This document shows, piece after piece, positions 30,867 through 40,699 of a stretch of 64,000 nt of DNA (positions are counted from its first letter, which is position 1; each line of letters opens with the position of its first letter). Under the pieces are notes generated by a model. It saw only the letters and a program-made list of their open reading frames with translations. It made no database searches and had not been told where the DNA came from. Both the position numbers and the translations under genes were made by a program. Source of the DNA: an uncultured Collinsella sp. (lineage in GTDB: Bacteria > Actinomycetota > Coriobacteriia > Coriobacteriales > Coriobacteriaceae); contig UQPP01000003.1 in NCBI GenBank assembly GCA_900543025.1, positions 35,601 to 99,600 on the forward strand, read 5' to 3'.

Positions 30867-33800
30867 AGAAGTTCGCCGCATGTAGCTTTATAGCAACTGT
30901 TCTCGTAGCGAGCACTCTGTTGTCGCCGTTTAGCGCGGCCTCCACCGCAAGCGCGGAAGACGTTGGACCTCTCACTCCGGGCATCCATAAGCCAACTTCC
31001 ATCGGCATCGGTACGAATATCGATGTCTCTACCCCCGATCCCGGCGTGGCCACCTACGTCGGCCGCGACATGTATATCGGTGGTAAGCCGAGCGACACTA
31101 GAACTCTTGATGCGGGTAACGCTCCCACCGGTTCATATGCCGCTGAGGCGGAGGGCCTTACCGTGGTCCGTGGCAAGCTTGCCATGAATCCTATCAAGGC
31201 GAGTTGGAGCGGCGATGGCTTCCGTTTCGGCACCGTTGGTGTTGGTTCTCAGTTTCGTCCTGTCGACCGTAGTACAGTGCTTGCGGTCGCCGGTATAAAC
31301 AGCTCGATTCAGAACATGAACACCGGTCTGGGAACGACCTCAGATACTGCGACGGTTGGTGCTTGGACCAGGGGTGCCTGGGTCGGCAAGTCGAAAGAGA
31401 ATACCGGCTATGACTACACCGCGCAGATCGCCGGTCCCATTACCTATTGGAATCCTGGCAACAATTGGAATGCTGACAACAAGCGCCAGTCTGTGGTGAA
31501 GAAGCAGGGCAACTACTATGAAGGGGAAAATGCGGACGAAAGTTCGCTGTTCAACAAAGCCAACGTCCTCAAGATCAACGGTAAGGATTACACCGATTAC
31601 CTGGAGTCCGAAGTAAAAGCGAAGATCTCCGCGCCTCTCGCAAAGCTTGATTCCAAATTGAGCTACACGGTTAGTGTTGCCGAGGAGAATCCCAATTACA
31701 CCATTAAAAAGTACAACAACAAGGAGCAGTACGGACTTACGTTCAACGGCGATCGCAAGACCTTTACGCGCAAGACGAACTATACCGACGTTAACGGCAA
31801 CGTCGTTCCCAACCGGGTAACCCTTGTCAACAACGAGAAGCTCATCACGTTTGCCGGCGATGCGGACGATAGCGGCAAGGGTTCTTCGCTTCAAGTCTTT
31901 AACCTGAAGGCGTCGGATCTTACCAACTCCATTGGCGACAAGACCTACCGTGGCGTGGACTTCAGCTTCAATAAAATACCCGAGGGCGCTTCCGTGGTCG
32001 TCAACATCATCGATGATAAGGGGACTCCGGTTGAGTTCAACACCGGCTGGCGTTTCTGGTGGAACGGTAAGGAAATCTCCCGCGGGTACGAGGAAGGTGA
32101 CACCGACGAGGCTAAGCGCCTCAGGGCTCTGTACTCCACTGCCGCCCAGAGCATCCTGTGGAATTTCGCAACGGCCAGCCAGGTCACCATCCGCGGTGGT
32201 ATGGCCCTTAAGGGCAATACTGAGCTTTATCCTGGTGCGGACGGAAAGTGGACCGACGACGACCCGGCAGCCGCTATGTTGGGCAGCATAGTTGTTCCCA
32301 ATGGCGGCTTCGAGGATCACGTGACCACCAACGGGCGTGTTTATGTTGGTGGGGACTTCCAGATGTATAACCACACGGTCGCGGGGAATTTCACTGAGGG
32401 TGAATCGGCTTCCGTCATCGATATGGATCAGGAGCGTCACAACTTCCCGTGGTCTGGTACCTATACGCCCGGCGGCTCCGCCGTTGCGTGGAGCAAGATC
32501 GATGCGGCGGACGGCAAACCGCTCGCGGGTTCCGAGTGGGCCATCTACGCGACCGAGGACAATGCGCGGAAGGATGAGAACCGTATCGTCTCCATTTTGG
32601 ATAACGGCACGAATGACTCCGATCCTGCCGTTGGCACCATTCAGTACAACTACCTGAACCAGAAGGCCAACATCGGCGACACGAGCGATACGAAGTACTT
32701 CACGTACTACATTCGCGAGGTCAAGGCGCCGGAGGGCTACGAGCTTTCCAATACGATCTATACCTCGAAGATGTTCCACACGGGCGATGAACTCAACCTT
32801 GTGGGCAACGTGGACGCCAACGGCAACGAGATTTCCAATCCGCAGAGCGCCATCGCCAACACCAAGATCACCGGTACGGTATCTTGGACCAAGGTTGAGG
32901 ACGGAGATGTGAAGTACGCTCCTTTGGCTGGTTCCGAGTGGAAGCTTGCGAAACTGGGTGCCGATGGCTTGACTGGGGTGCAGTCCTGGACCGTGAGTGA
33001 CCAGTCGGATTCGGGCGATATCACGTGGAAAGACATTGATGGCACGTCTGGCAAGTTCACGCTCGAGGGCCTGCAGCCGGGCACGTACACCCTTGTTGAG
33101 ACCCAGGCTCCGTTTGGCTACGAGAAGAACCCGACGGGTTACAAGTTCACGGTGTCCAGCACGGACGGCTCCATCGCGTGGAAGGGGGACGAGCAGCCGA
33201 GCATCATTGATAGCACTGCGTACATCTCCAACAAGCGCAGCGTTACGTCCGTGACGATCCCGGTGACTAAGTCCGTCCGCAATGCGGATTGGCCGAAGGA
33301 TGCTGATGGCAGCTATGTTTTGTTCGACTTCGAGATCACGGCGGCGACGTCCGACCCCGCGGCTCCGATGCCTGGCGTAACGACCATTTCCGTTGCACCT
33401 ACGGACGCGTCCAAGGTCAACGACATCGTTGCGAACTTTGGGGAGATTGCATTCAACAAGGGCCATCTTGCCAAGATCGACGATTCGAACCCGAATGGCG
33501 CCAAGACCTATACCTACACGGTGAAGGAGGTCGCGCCTCCCACCGGTGCCATCGACAAACTCCGCTACTCCAAGGCCGAGTACCAGGTGGCCGTTACGGT
33601 AAAGGCCGTGCTGAATGACGCCGGCAAGTACTCCGGACTCACCACCTCCACCAAGGTCACGCAGGTGAAGGACGACATGGGCAACACCGTTAATAAGGTC
33701 ATCGGCACCGCCGCAGCGCCCGACGCCATCCCCACCTCTACCTTCACCAACGTGAAAGTTCTCACGGACCTCCCGCTCACCGGCGCGGGTTGGACCGAAA

Positions 33801-33916
33801 ACTCCATGCTCCTCGTGGGCGCCGGTCTCATGCTTCTGGGCGGCATCGCTGCGGGAGCATATTGGATCGCTACGAAGCGCCGTCAGGACGATTCGTCCGA
33901 TGGCGCAGGTAGATAG
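30863..33916 (+). CDS. Pilus tip adhesin (choice-of-anchor A-like domain, SpaA-like repeats, LPLTG sorting signal)
   Basis: Own signal peptide; SILWNF, TTNGRVYVGG; E-boxes YIREVKAPEGY and LVETQAPFGY; LPLTG-TM-KRR. Confidence 0.85.
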   Translation: MKKFAACSFIATVLVASTLLSPFSAASTASAEDVGPLTPGIHKPTSIGIGTNIDVSTPDPGVATYVGRDMYIGGKPSDTRTLDAGNAPTGSYAAEAEGLTVVRGKLAMNPIKASWSGDGFRFGTVGVGSQFRPVDRSTVLAVAGINSSIQNMNTGLGTTSDTATVGAWTRGAWVGKSKENTGYDYTAQIAGPITYWNPGNNWNADNKRQSVVKKQGNYYEGENADESSLFNKANVLKINGKDYTDYLESEVKAKISAPLAKLDSKLSYTVSVAEENPNYTIKKYNNKEQYGLTFNGDRKTFTRKTNYTDVNGNVVPNRVTLVNNEKLITFAGDADDSGKGSSLQVFNLKASDLTNSIGDKTYRGVDFSFNKIPEGASVVVNIIDDKGTPVEFNTGWRFWWNGKEISRGYEEGDTDEAKRLRALYSTAAQSILWNFATASQVTIRGGMALKGNTELYPGADGKWTDDDPAAAMLGSIVVPNGGFEDHVTTNGRVYVGGDFQMYNHTVAGNFTEGESASVIDMDQERHNFPWSGTYTPGGSAVAWSKIDAADGKPLAGSEWAIYATEDNARKDENRIVSILDNGTNDSDPAVGTIQYNYLNQKANIGDTSDTKYFTYYIREVKAPEGYELSNTIYTSKMFHTGDELNLVGNVDANGNEISNPQSAIANTKITGTVSWTKVEDGDVKYAPLAGSEWKLAKLGADGLTGVQSWTVSDQSDSGDITWKDIDGTSGKFTLEGLQPGTYTLVETQAPFGYEKNPTGYKFTVSSTDGSIAWKGDEQPSIIDSTAYISNKRSVTSVTIPVTKSVRNADWPKDADGSYVLFDFEITAATSDPAAPMPGVTTISVAPTDASKVNDIVANFGEIAFNKGHLAKIDDSNPNGAKTYTYTVKEVAPPTGAIDKLRYSKAEYQVAVTVKAVLNDAGKYSGLTTSTKVTQVKDDMGNTVNKVIGTAAAPDAIPTSTFTNVKVLTDLPLTGAGWTENSMLLVGAGLMLLGGIAAGAYWIATKRRQDDSSDGAGR

Positions 33917-33955
33917 ATGTTTATGAATGTCGGGCTTATTTCTGAAAGGGGAATC

Positions 33956-35743
33956 ATGAACCGATTCGTACAAAAGCTGATCGCCGGCGCCGTCGCCGTA
34001 GCGATCGCCGTAACCGGCCTGGTGGGCGGCGCGTCTGTGGCCAAGGCTGCGGATCCCACCACGGGCACCATCACCATCAGCAATGCCTCCGGCGACACTG
34101 TGACGCATACGCTTGACGGTTGGAAGCTTGCATCGTTGAAGAACGTTGCCTCCGCCGATGGTAAGCTCACGTTCCTCATCGACACCAATGACGCCCTTGT
34201 GGGCGTGATCGAGGACTCGATGACCGAGGCTCAGAGCGAAGCGTACAAGGCAGACGCTAACTACTACACTAAGGATGGCAAGGACAACAACCCGATCGGC
34301 TGGCTTGTTGCCAACAGCTTCAAGAACAGTACTCCCGAGAATTCCGATCCGTGGGGTGGAGATTCGTCAGCGCTGCGCACGTTCGCGACGAATCTTTCGA
34401 AGAAGCTCGCCGAGGCCGGCGCGCCTGCTGCTACTAAGGCTGGTTTCCAGAGCAGCGCTGATGGCTTTTCCAACACCTGCGACCAGGGCCTGTGGCTCTT
34501 GAAGGATGTTTCTGCCGACCCTACGACGCAGTCCATCCCCATAATCGTCGCTACCAAGCTTGCCGGCTATTCCACGGAAACTGTCAACTGGGGCAGCGTC
34601 ACGCTGAAGATGAACGTGCCGACCGTTGACAAGAAGATCACCGGTTCCGCTACCGGCGCTGTTGCAAACGATGGCTCCAACGCCGACGCCCGCATCGGTG
34701 ACGTGGTCAACTACGAGCTCAGCTCCGTTATTCCGACCTACACCGGCTACGACATCACCAAGCCTCCCCGTGTGTTCAAGCTCATCGATACCGCATCCAA
34801 GGGTCTGTCGGTTGACGAGAGCTCTGTGAAGTCCGTTAAACTCACCAAGGGCACAACTACTGTTACCCTGACCGATAAAGACTATGCCGTTTCTTCTGAC
34901 TCCTATGCCCTTGTCGAGGGTCAGGAAGGCTACGACGCCGAGTATGCTGGCGGTAAGGTGACCACCATCGACCTGTCCAACTACGTTAACAAGGCAGCTG
35001 GCTCTACCTCCTCTACTAGCGGCATTCTCGAGGGCGCAACTGTAACCGTCGAGTTTGAGGCTACTGTTAACAGCAATGCTGTCAAGGCTGGCGTTGGTAA
35101 CCCCAACTCCGTTGAGCTTGAGTACTCTCGCACTCCTAATAACGTGTCCACCAAGATTCATGGCCCCAAGGTTCCTCGCGTGTACACCTACGAGTTCGGC
35201 ATCCTGAAGACCGACATGGCCGGCAACGCCATCAAGTCCACCGATGCTCTTAAGGGCGCACAGTTCGTCATCGCACGCGTGAACGACGGTTCTGCTGAGA
35301 CCTTCATGGCCAAGGATGCCTCTTCCGGCGCTTGGTCTGACCTTGGTGCAACAAAGCCGGCCGTTGACGCTACCACCGGTGTGTTCACCACCGATGCTAA
35401 CGGCAAGATCGCCATGTCCGGTCTGCCTGCTGGCATCTACCACGTCTACGAGATCAAGGCTCCGACCGGTTATACCAACATCGGCCTGCCTGACTTTACC
35501 TTCGCTATTGGTGCTACCTTCTCTGGGACGCCTGAAACGGCAACCGTGTCTTACAGCAAGAAAACCGGCGATGATCGTATCTCCGTTGGGACCAGCGATG
35601 GCCAGGCTACGGTTAAGAACGCCAAGAACCTCACCGAGCTGCCCTTGACCGGTGACTTGGGCATCAAGGTTTTCGTCACCGTGGGTGTGCTGCTCATGGC
35701 TGCTGGTGCCGCCTTCGCCCTGAGTGCACGTATGCGCGCTTAA
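33956..35743 (+). CDS. Major (backbone) pilin
   Basis: Signal peptide; PTVDKK, IGDVVNYEL D2 domain, DTASKGL, E-box YEIKAPTGY; LPLTG-TM. Confidence 0.9.
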   Translation: MNRFVQKLIAGAVAVAIAVTGLVGGASVAKAADPTTGTITISNASGDTVTHTLDGWKLASLKNVASADGKLTFLIDTNDALVGVIEDSMTEAQSEAYKADANYYTKDGKDNNPIGWLVANSFKNSTPENSDPWGGDSSALRTFATNLSKKLAEAGAPAATKAGFQSSADGFSNTCDQGLWLLKDVSADPTTQSIPIIVATKLAGYSTETVNWGSVTLKMNVPTVDKKITGSATGAVANDGSNADARIGDVVNYELSSVIPTYTGYDITKPPRVFKLIDTASKGLSVDESSVKSVKLTKGTTTVTLTDKDYAVSSDSYALVEGQEGYDAEYAGGKVTTIDLSNYVNKAAGSTSSTSGILEGATVTVEFEATVNSNAVKAGVGNPNSVELEYSRTPNNVSTKIHGPKVPRVYTYEFGILKTDMAGNAIKSTDALKGAQFVIARVNDGSAETFMAKDASSGAWSDLGATKPAVDATTGVFTTDANGKIAMSGLPAGIYHVYEIKAPTGYTNIGLPDFTFAIGATFSGTPETATVSYSKKTGDDRISVGTSDGQATVKNAKNLTELPLTGDLGIKVFVTVGVLLMAAGAAFALSARMRA

Positions 35744-35907
35744 TTCCCTAGCTTGATGACGCGGCGAGCGGGCGATCGTCGTCTCCTATCAGCGCCTGCG
35801 CGCCGCGTTCTCATCTTCCCTTTCGCCGCACCCCGTCGCGCTTGGACACGCGGCGGGGTCGGTGCTTTGACCGTGCCCTCGCACCCACACCCCTGGAGGT
35901 GAACCAC

Positions 35908-37047
35908 ATGGAGGCAATCAAGCCCGTATCGACGATGCGCACGCCGAGCGGCGGTTTGAACCCGGCTTCCCCCAGCCGACGTAAACCGCCCCTCGTCCTG
36001 CGCCTGCTTTCCCTTCTGTGCTTTGCCGCCGGCTTTGTTATCGTGGCCACGCCCCTCGTCCTGCGCGCCATGTCCCAGGCTGAGCAGACGGCCGCAGTTA
36101 CCGCGGCACAAAACACCGTGGATGGTTGGCCCTATCCGCAAGCGGAGGAGGCCCTCGCGGCCGCGCGCGCCTACAACGAGCAGTTGGCCGCCGGCGGTCA
36201 GGACGTCATCGGCGAGGTTGTGGACCCGTTTGGTAGCACCTCCGGCGCCTCCACCGCAACGGGTGCCAAGGACTCCATCGCCTCGCAAGACACCACGTAC
36301 CAGGGCCTGCTCGACGCGGGTTCGGGCCTTATGTGCTCGGTGCGTATCCCCAAGATCGACGTGAACCTGCCCGTGTACCATGGCACCTCCACCGAGGTGC
36401 TCGCTGCGGGCGCCGGCCACCTATATGGAACATCGCTGCCCGTGGGCGGCGCGAGCACGCATGCCGTGCTTACCGGCCACCGCGGCGTGCCAGGCTCGCT
36501 CCTGTTCACGCGCCTGGACGAACTGCAGGTTGGCGACTCGTTTTACATCGAGGTGATGGGCGAGGAGCTGGGTTACAAGATCGACCGCATAGACGTGATT
36601 GAGCCCGACGACGATTCCAAGCTGCGCGTGACCGCCGGCGAGGACCGCGTGACGCTCATGACCTGCACGCCCTACGGCGTGAACTCGCACCGCCTGCTCG
36701 TCTCGGGCGTGCGCGCGGAGATTCCGAACGAGGTGCCCGTGCCCGAGGACGCGCAGGGCATCAACACCACTGCCGTGGCCCTGGGTGTTTTGGGCGCGCT
36801 GCTGGCCATTGTGATTGGGCTTTTCGTGGCCGGGCACGTGCGCAAGAAGCGCCGCGCGGCGCAGCGTGCGGCCGTTGCCGCCGCGGTGACGCTGGACGCC
36901 GTCGCGGCTGTTGGCGATGGCGGAAACGGGTGGACCGTGGGAGCCTCCAGGCCTGCGGCCCCCTCCGTCTCCTCTGCTTCAGACCCTTCGGCTTCCCCCG
37001 ATTCCGATGCTGATTCTCCCGAGTATCGCGGGCGACACCTGCGCTAG
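35908..37047 (+). CDS. srtC: Class C sortase
   Basis: DPF lid, HAVLTGHRG, TLMTCTPYGVNSHRLLV; N- and C-terminal TM helices. Confidence 0.95.
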   Translation: MEAIKPVSTMRTPSGGLNPASPSRRKPPLVLRLLSLLCFAAGFVIVATPLVLRAMSQAEQTAAVTAAQNTVDGWPYPQAEEALAAARAYNEQLAAGGQDVIGEVVDPFGSTSGASTATGAKDSIASQDTTYQGLLDAGSGLMCSVRIPKIDVNLPVYHGTSTEVLAAGAGHLYGTSLPVGGASTHAVLTGHRGVPGSLLFTRLDELQVGDSFYIEVMGEELGYKIDRIDVIEPDDDSKLRVTAGEDRVTLMTCTPYGVNSHRLLVSGVRAEIPNEVPVPEDAQGINTTAVALGVLGALLAIVIGLFVAGHVRKKRRAAQRAAVAAAVTLDAVAAVGDGGNGWTVGASRPAAPSVSSASDPSASPDSDADSPEYRGRHLR

Positions 37048-37089
37048 CGCCCGCGTTGGTGCTCAATATCGCTCGAAGTGTAGCGCCTT

Positions 37090-37411
37090 CGCTCGCTTCC
37101 TGGTCATTTGCCAGAACCGCGGCGCGATTCCGAACATGCCGTACGACGCGATGGCCGAGCTTCCTGCCTACATCGGCAAGAACGGCCCCGAGGTCATCTC
37201 GCGCGACAACATCCAGCTGTTCCAGCAGGGCCTCATGATGCAGCAGCTCAACTCCGAGAAGCTCGTGGTCGAGGCGTGCATCGAGGGTCCGTACGAGAAG
37301 GCGCTCAAGGCGTTCACGCTCAACAAGACGGTCCCGTCCATGACGGTCGCCAAGGAGATTCTCGACGACATGATCGAGGCCAACAAGGATTTCTGGCCTG
37401 AGCTTAAGTAA
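37090..37411 (+). pseudogene. C-terminal remnant of a GH4 6-phospho-glucosidase (MalH/GlvA-like)
   Basis: NRGAIPN...AMAELP, GLM.QQ..SEKLVVEA, AFTLNKTVPS, ILDDMIEANKDFWPELK; no start. Confidence 0.85.
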
Positions 37412-37466
37412 CGAGGCCTTCGACGGCCCGACTGCGAACGGTTCGCTGCGGCCCCTGAGGTCCATA

Positions 37467-37527
37467 GGCTCCCCCTGGGGTTCATCCAGGGGGAGCCTCT
37501 CAGAAGCGCCCCGAGGGGCGCTTCTTG
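37467..37527 (+). terminator. Tandem GC-rich hairpins
   Basis: GGCTCCCCCTGG/CCAGGGGGAGCC and AGAAGCGCCCC/GGGGCGCTTCT. Confidence 0.6.
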
Positions 37528-37764
37528 TGTATATGGAGGCAAAAGGGATATGCAGTCTTCATATACGGCCTCCTTTTAGGAGGGTCGATTTCTCCGGTTG
37601 ATTTCTGATCTCAGCTGAACACATTGAGCGGATAGGCCGTTCCCGCAGTTAGCCGAAAGCCCCCGGGTCCCGGGGCGGCATTTTCCTAGTTGAAGGAACG
37701 ATGGAGATGTGTTTCGATGGGTCCGGTGGCCATGCTCCGCCCTCAGCCCGGCACCTCTTCCAAG

Positions 37765-38217
37765 GGAACCGACGAGGGCGCCGGCGCCCAGTATGTCTAA
37801 GAGAACGGCTCTTTGGGCAATACTGCTTATGATTTTACGACTGATAATAAGGGGGAAAACAGCGTCAAAGGCCTCGATGCCGGCACCTACACGGTCGAGG
37901 AGACCCATACGCTCCCCGGCTATAACACCGTGCTCAAATTCACGTTCACCATTACTGCCACGGGTCTTAATCAGAACGAGGGCGAGAATACGTTGACGGT
38001 GACCACATCCAAGAATGGCTCTGGTCTCGTCACCAATTCCTCTTCTGGTGGCGGCACCGTTACCCTTACCGTCAAGAACAAGAAAGGCTCCGACCTCCCG
38101 CTGACCGGTCTTAACGGCGTGACCTTCACTTGGATCGCTGGCAGCGCAGTGCTGTGCATCGGCGTGGCACACCTCATCCGCAGCCGTAAGCAGGCTGAGG
38201 AGTCCGAGCAGGAGTAA
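37765..38217 (+). pseudogene. C-terminal remnant of a second backbone pilin
   Basis: QYV*ENGSLG...GLDAGTYTVEET...GY, VKNKKGSDLPLTG-TM-RSRK; in-frame TAA at 37798. Confidence 0.8.
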
Positions 38218-38564
38218 CGCTCGCTCGCCCATCACTTTGGCAGGTGGGATGTGATGGCCATGAGACTTGCGGACACTTTTCTCGTCCATCTACGTTCTTG
38301 CTTCGTAGGCGCACGCGCGGTGCGGACGGTAGAAGGCAGTTGCGCCGCAAGCGCAAATAAGAATGCCCGGGGTTAGAGGCCCGGGCATTTAACAAAACCA
38401 GAAAACTAGGCCGCCCGCGCTTTCGAACACTTACGCGGGATGCGTCGTTTCCTGTTGACATTGTATCCCGAATCGCCCCGCCGATCCGGGATATATTGAA
38501 AACTCAAATACGGGCTTATGTCCCCACAGCACAGGGTGGATTCTCCCATCCCGGTCTTCAAACA

Positions 38565-38699
38565 TCTCAATCTGTAACATCTTGACGTGTAAATCGGCTC
38601 CACCTGTTACAGATCGAGACAAAACGCAGGGAGCGGACCGAGAATCTCGATCTGTAACAGTAAACCGGCTTTTGACGGCCTAGATGTTACAGATCGAGA
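38565..38699. repeat. Four 15-bp motifs in alternating orientation at exact 40-bp spacing
   Basis: TCTCRATCTGTAACA at 38565 and 38645; TGTTACAGATCGAGA at 38605 and 38685. Confidence 0.9.
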
Positions 38700-38734
38700 C
38701 AAAGTATCGGGCCAGACAAGCGTGTCGGCCAAAA

Positions 38735-38767
38735 CCACCACAAAGATGCCTGTCCCCGTTGTGGTGG
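38735..38767 (-). repeat. REP-like hairpin, CACCACAAA family
   Basis: Loop GGGGACAGGCATC on the minus strand. Confidence 0.8.
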
Positions 38768-38873
38768 CGCTGCCCTCGTTACGTTTTCGCTGCATTTGGG
38801 TAAAGCGCCTGCTCCAAGCCGGCGTTGGCTTGTATACTAGAGCGGTTTATCTGTTATGCGGAAGGGAGCGCCT

Positions 38874-39185
38874 ATGGCACTCAGCGAGAAAGACGTGCGC
38901 GGCATCGCCGAGTACGCAAAGATCGCACTGACCGATGACGAGCTCACCCAGATGACGTCCTACATGAACGACGCCGTCCAGATGCTCGAGCCCGTCCTGC
39001 AATATGACTTGCCCGACGTGGAGCCCACGTTCCATCCCATCGGAAGCCTGTCCAACGTGATGGGCGATGACCTGCGCGAGCCCGAGCGCGACCTGCCGCT
39101 CGACGTCGCGCTCGAAAACGCCGGCAGCGCGCGCGATCGCTACTTCCGCGTGCCGTCCATTTTGGGAGAGGGGGAGAGCGAGTAA
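38874..39185 (+). CDS. gatC: Asp/Glu-tRNA amidotransferase subunit C
   Basis: V..IAEYAKI, VEPT.HP, YFRVPSI; precedes gatA. Confidence 0.92.
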   Translation: MALSEKDVRGIAEYAKIALTDDELTQMTSYMNDAVQMLEPVLQYDLPDVEPTFHPIGSLSNVMGDDLREPERDLPLDVALENAGSARDRYFRVPSILGEGESE

Positions 39186-40699
39186 TGGCGCTAAGCTTCG
39201 ATTCCCTTACCGCCGCCCAGATCGCCGCGGGCGTTGCTGCAGGCGACTTTACTGCTACCGAGGTGGCCCAGGCCTCCCTTGCCGCCATCGAGGCGCGCGA
39301 GGGCGGGGTCCAGGCATTCCTGCAGGTGGCGCCCGAGCTGGCGCTCGAGGCCGCCGCGCGCGTGGATGCCGACCGTGCCGCAGGCAAGCCGCTGCCCCCG
39401 CTCGCGGGCGTGCCGCTGGCCATCAAGGACAACATGAACCTCGTGGGCACACGCACCACCTGCGCCTCCCGCATGCTCGGGGACTACCAGAGCGTCTACA
39501 CCGCTACCTGCGTCCAGCGCATGCTCGATGCCGGCTGCCTGCCCATGGGCAAGGCCAACATGGACGAGTTTGCCTTTGGCAGCTCCACCGAGAGCTCGGC
39601 GTTCCACCGCACTAACAACCCTTGGGATACCGAGCGCGTGCCCGGCGGCTCCTCGGGTGGCTCCGCTGCAGCCGTCGCTGCGGGCGAGGTCGCGCTCTCG
39701 CTGGGCTCGGACACCGGCGGCTCCATTCGCCAGCCGGCGTCGCTGTGCGGCGTGGTGGGCTTTAAGCCCACGTATGGCGCCGTGAGCCGTTACGGCGTGG
39801 TTGCCTTTGGCTCGTCGCTCGACCAGGTGGGCCCCTTTGGCCGCACGGTCGAGGATGTCGCGCTGGCCATGAACGCGCTTACCGGCGCGGGCCACGATCC
39901 GTACGACTGCACCAGCCAGGATTGCGCCGTCGACTTTACCGAGCATCTCAACGACAGCATCGAGGGCAAGCGCGTGGGTATCATCCCCGCGTTTATGGAG
40001 GCCGAGGGCCTGACGCCCGAGGTCAAGGCCGCTGTTCAGCGCGCCGCCCAGGAGCTGCAGAACCAGGGCGCCGAGCTGGTCGAGGTGGACTTGCCGCACC
40101 TGGACGCCGCTATCGCCGCCTACTACGTCATCGGCCCGGCCGAGGCGTTCTCCAACCTGGCCCGCTTCGACGGCATTCGCTACGGCTACCAGGAGGAGGG
40201 CTGCGCCAACCTGTCCGACCAGAGCTCGCTTTCGCGCGCCCACGGCTTTGGCGCCGAGGCCAAGCGCCGTCAGATGCTCGGCGCCTACCTGCTGAGCTCG
40301 GGCGTGTACGACAAGTACTACTACGCTGCGCAAAAGGCCCGCACGCTCATCACGCAGGACTACGACGCCGCGTATGCCAAGGTGGACACCATCCTCATGC
40401 CCGCCTCGCCGCGCACGGCCTTTAAGTTTGGCGAGATCAGCGACCCCACGCAGATGTACCTCTCCGACTTGTACACCATCTCGCTCAACATTTGCGGCAA
40501 CGGTGGTATCTCGGTGCCGCTGGGCCTGGGCGAGGACAGCAAGCTGCCCGTTTCTGCCCAGCTGGTGGGTCCGGCGTTTAAGGACCGTCAGCTGCTCACG
40601 TTTGCCCGCGCCCTGGAGCGCGGCTTTGCCGATACCGCCACGGGTGCGCCCGTGCTTTCCGTCGCGCCCGATTTTGCCGGGAAGGGAGGCGAGCTGTAA
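39185..40699 (+). CDS. gatA: Asp/Glu-tRNA amidotransferase subunit A
   Basis: Amidase signature PGGSSGGSAAAVA, LGSDTGGSIRQPA; SNLARFDGIRYG. Confidence 0.97.
   Translation: MALSFDSLTAAQIAAGVAAGDFTATEVAQASLAAIEAREGGVQAFLQVAPELALEAAARVDADRAAGKPLPPLAGVPLAIKDNMNLVGTRTTCASRMLGDYQSVYTATCVQRMLDAGCLPMGKANMDEFAFGSSTESSAFHRTNNPWDTERVPGGSSGGSAAAVAAGEVALSLGSDTGGSIRQPASLCGVVGFKPTYGAVSRYGVVAFGSSLDQVGPFGRTVEDVALAMNALTGAGHDPYDCTSQDCAVDFTEHLNDSIEGKRVGIIPAFMEAEGLTPEVKAAVQRAAQELQNQGAELVEVDLPHLDAAIAAYYVIGPAEAFSNLARFDGIRYGYQEEGCANLSDQSSLSRAHGFGAEAKRRQMLGAYLLSSGVYDKYYYAAQKARTLITQDYDAAYAKVDTILMPASPRTAFKFGEISDPTQMYLSDLYTISLNICGNGGISVPLGLGEDSKLPVSAQLVGPAFKDRQLLTFARALERGFADTATGAPVLSVAPDFAGKGGEL

Noticed and set aside
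31340..34108. 922-aa minus-strand ORF and other long antisense ORFs (e.g. 21613-23712, 55728-57530, 26249-27571)
   Set aside because: Shadow frames opposite well-supported genes, expected with high GC3; no recognisable motifs
37790..37815. IS terminal repeat near GAGAACGGCTC
   Set aside because: Better explained as pilin coding sequence (YV*ENGSLG) with a nonsense mutation; no partner end or transposase
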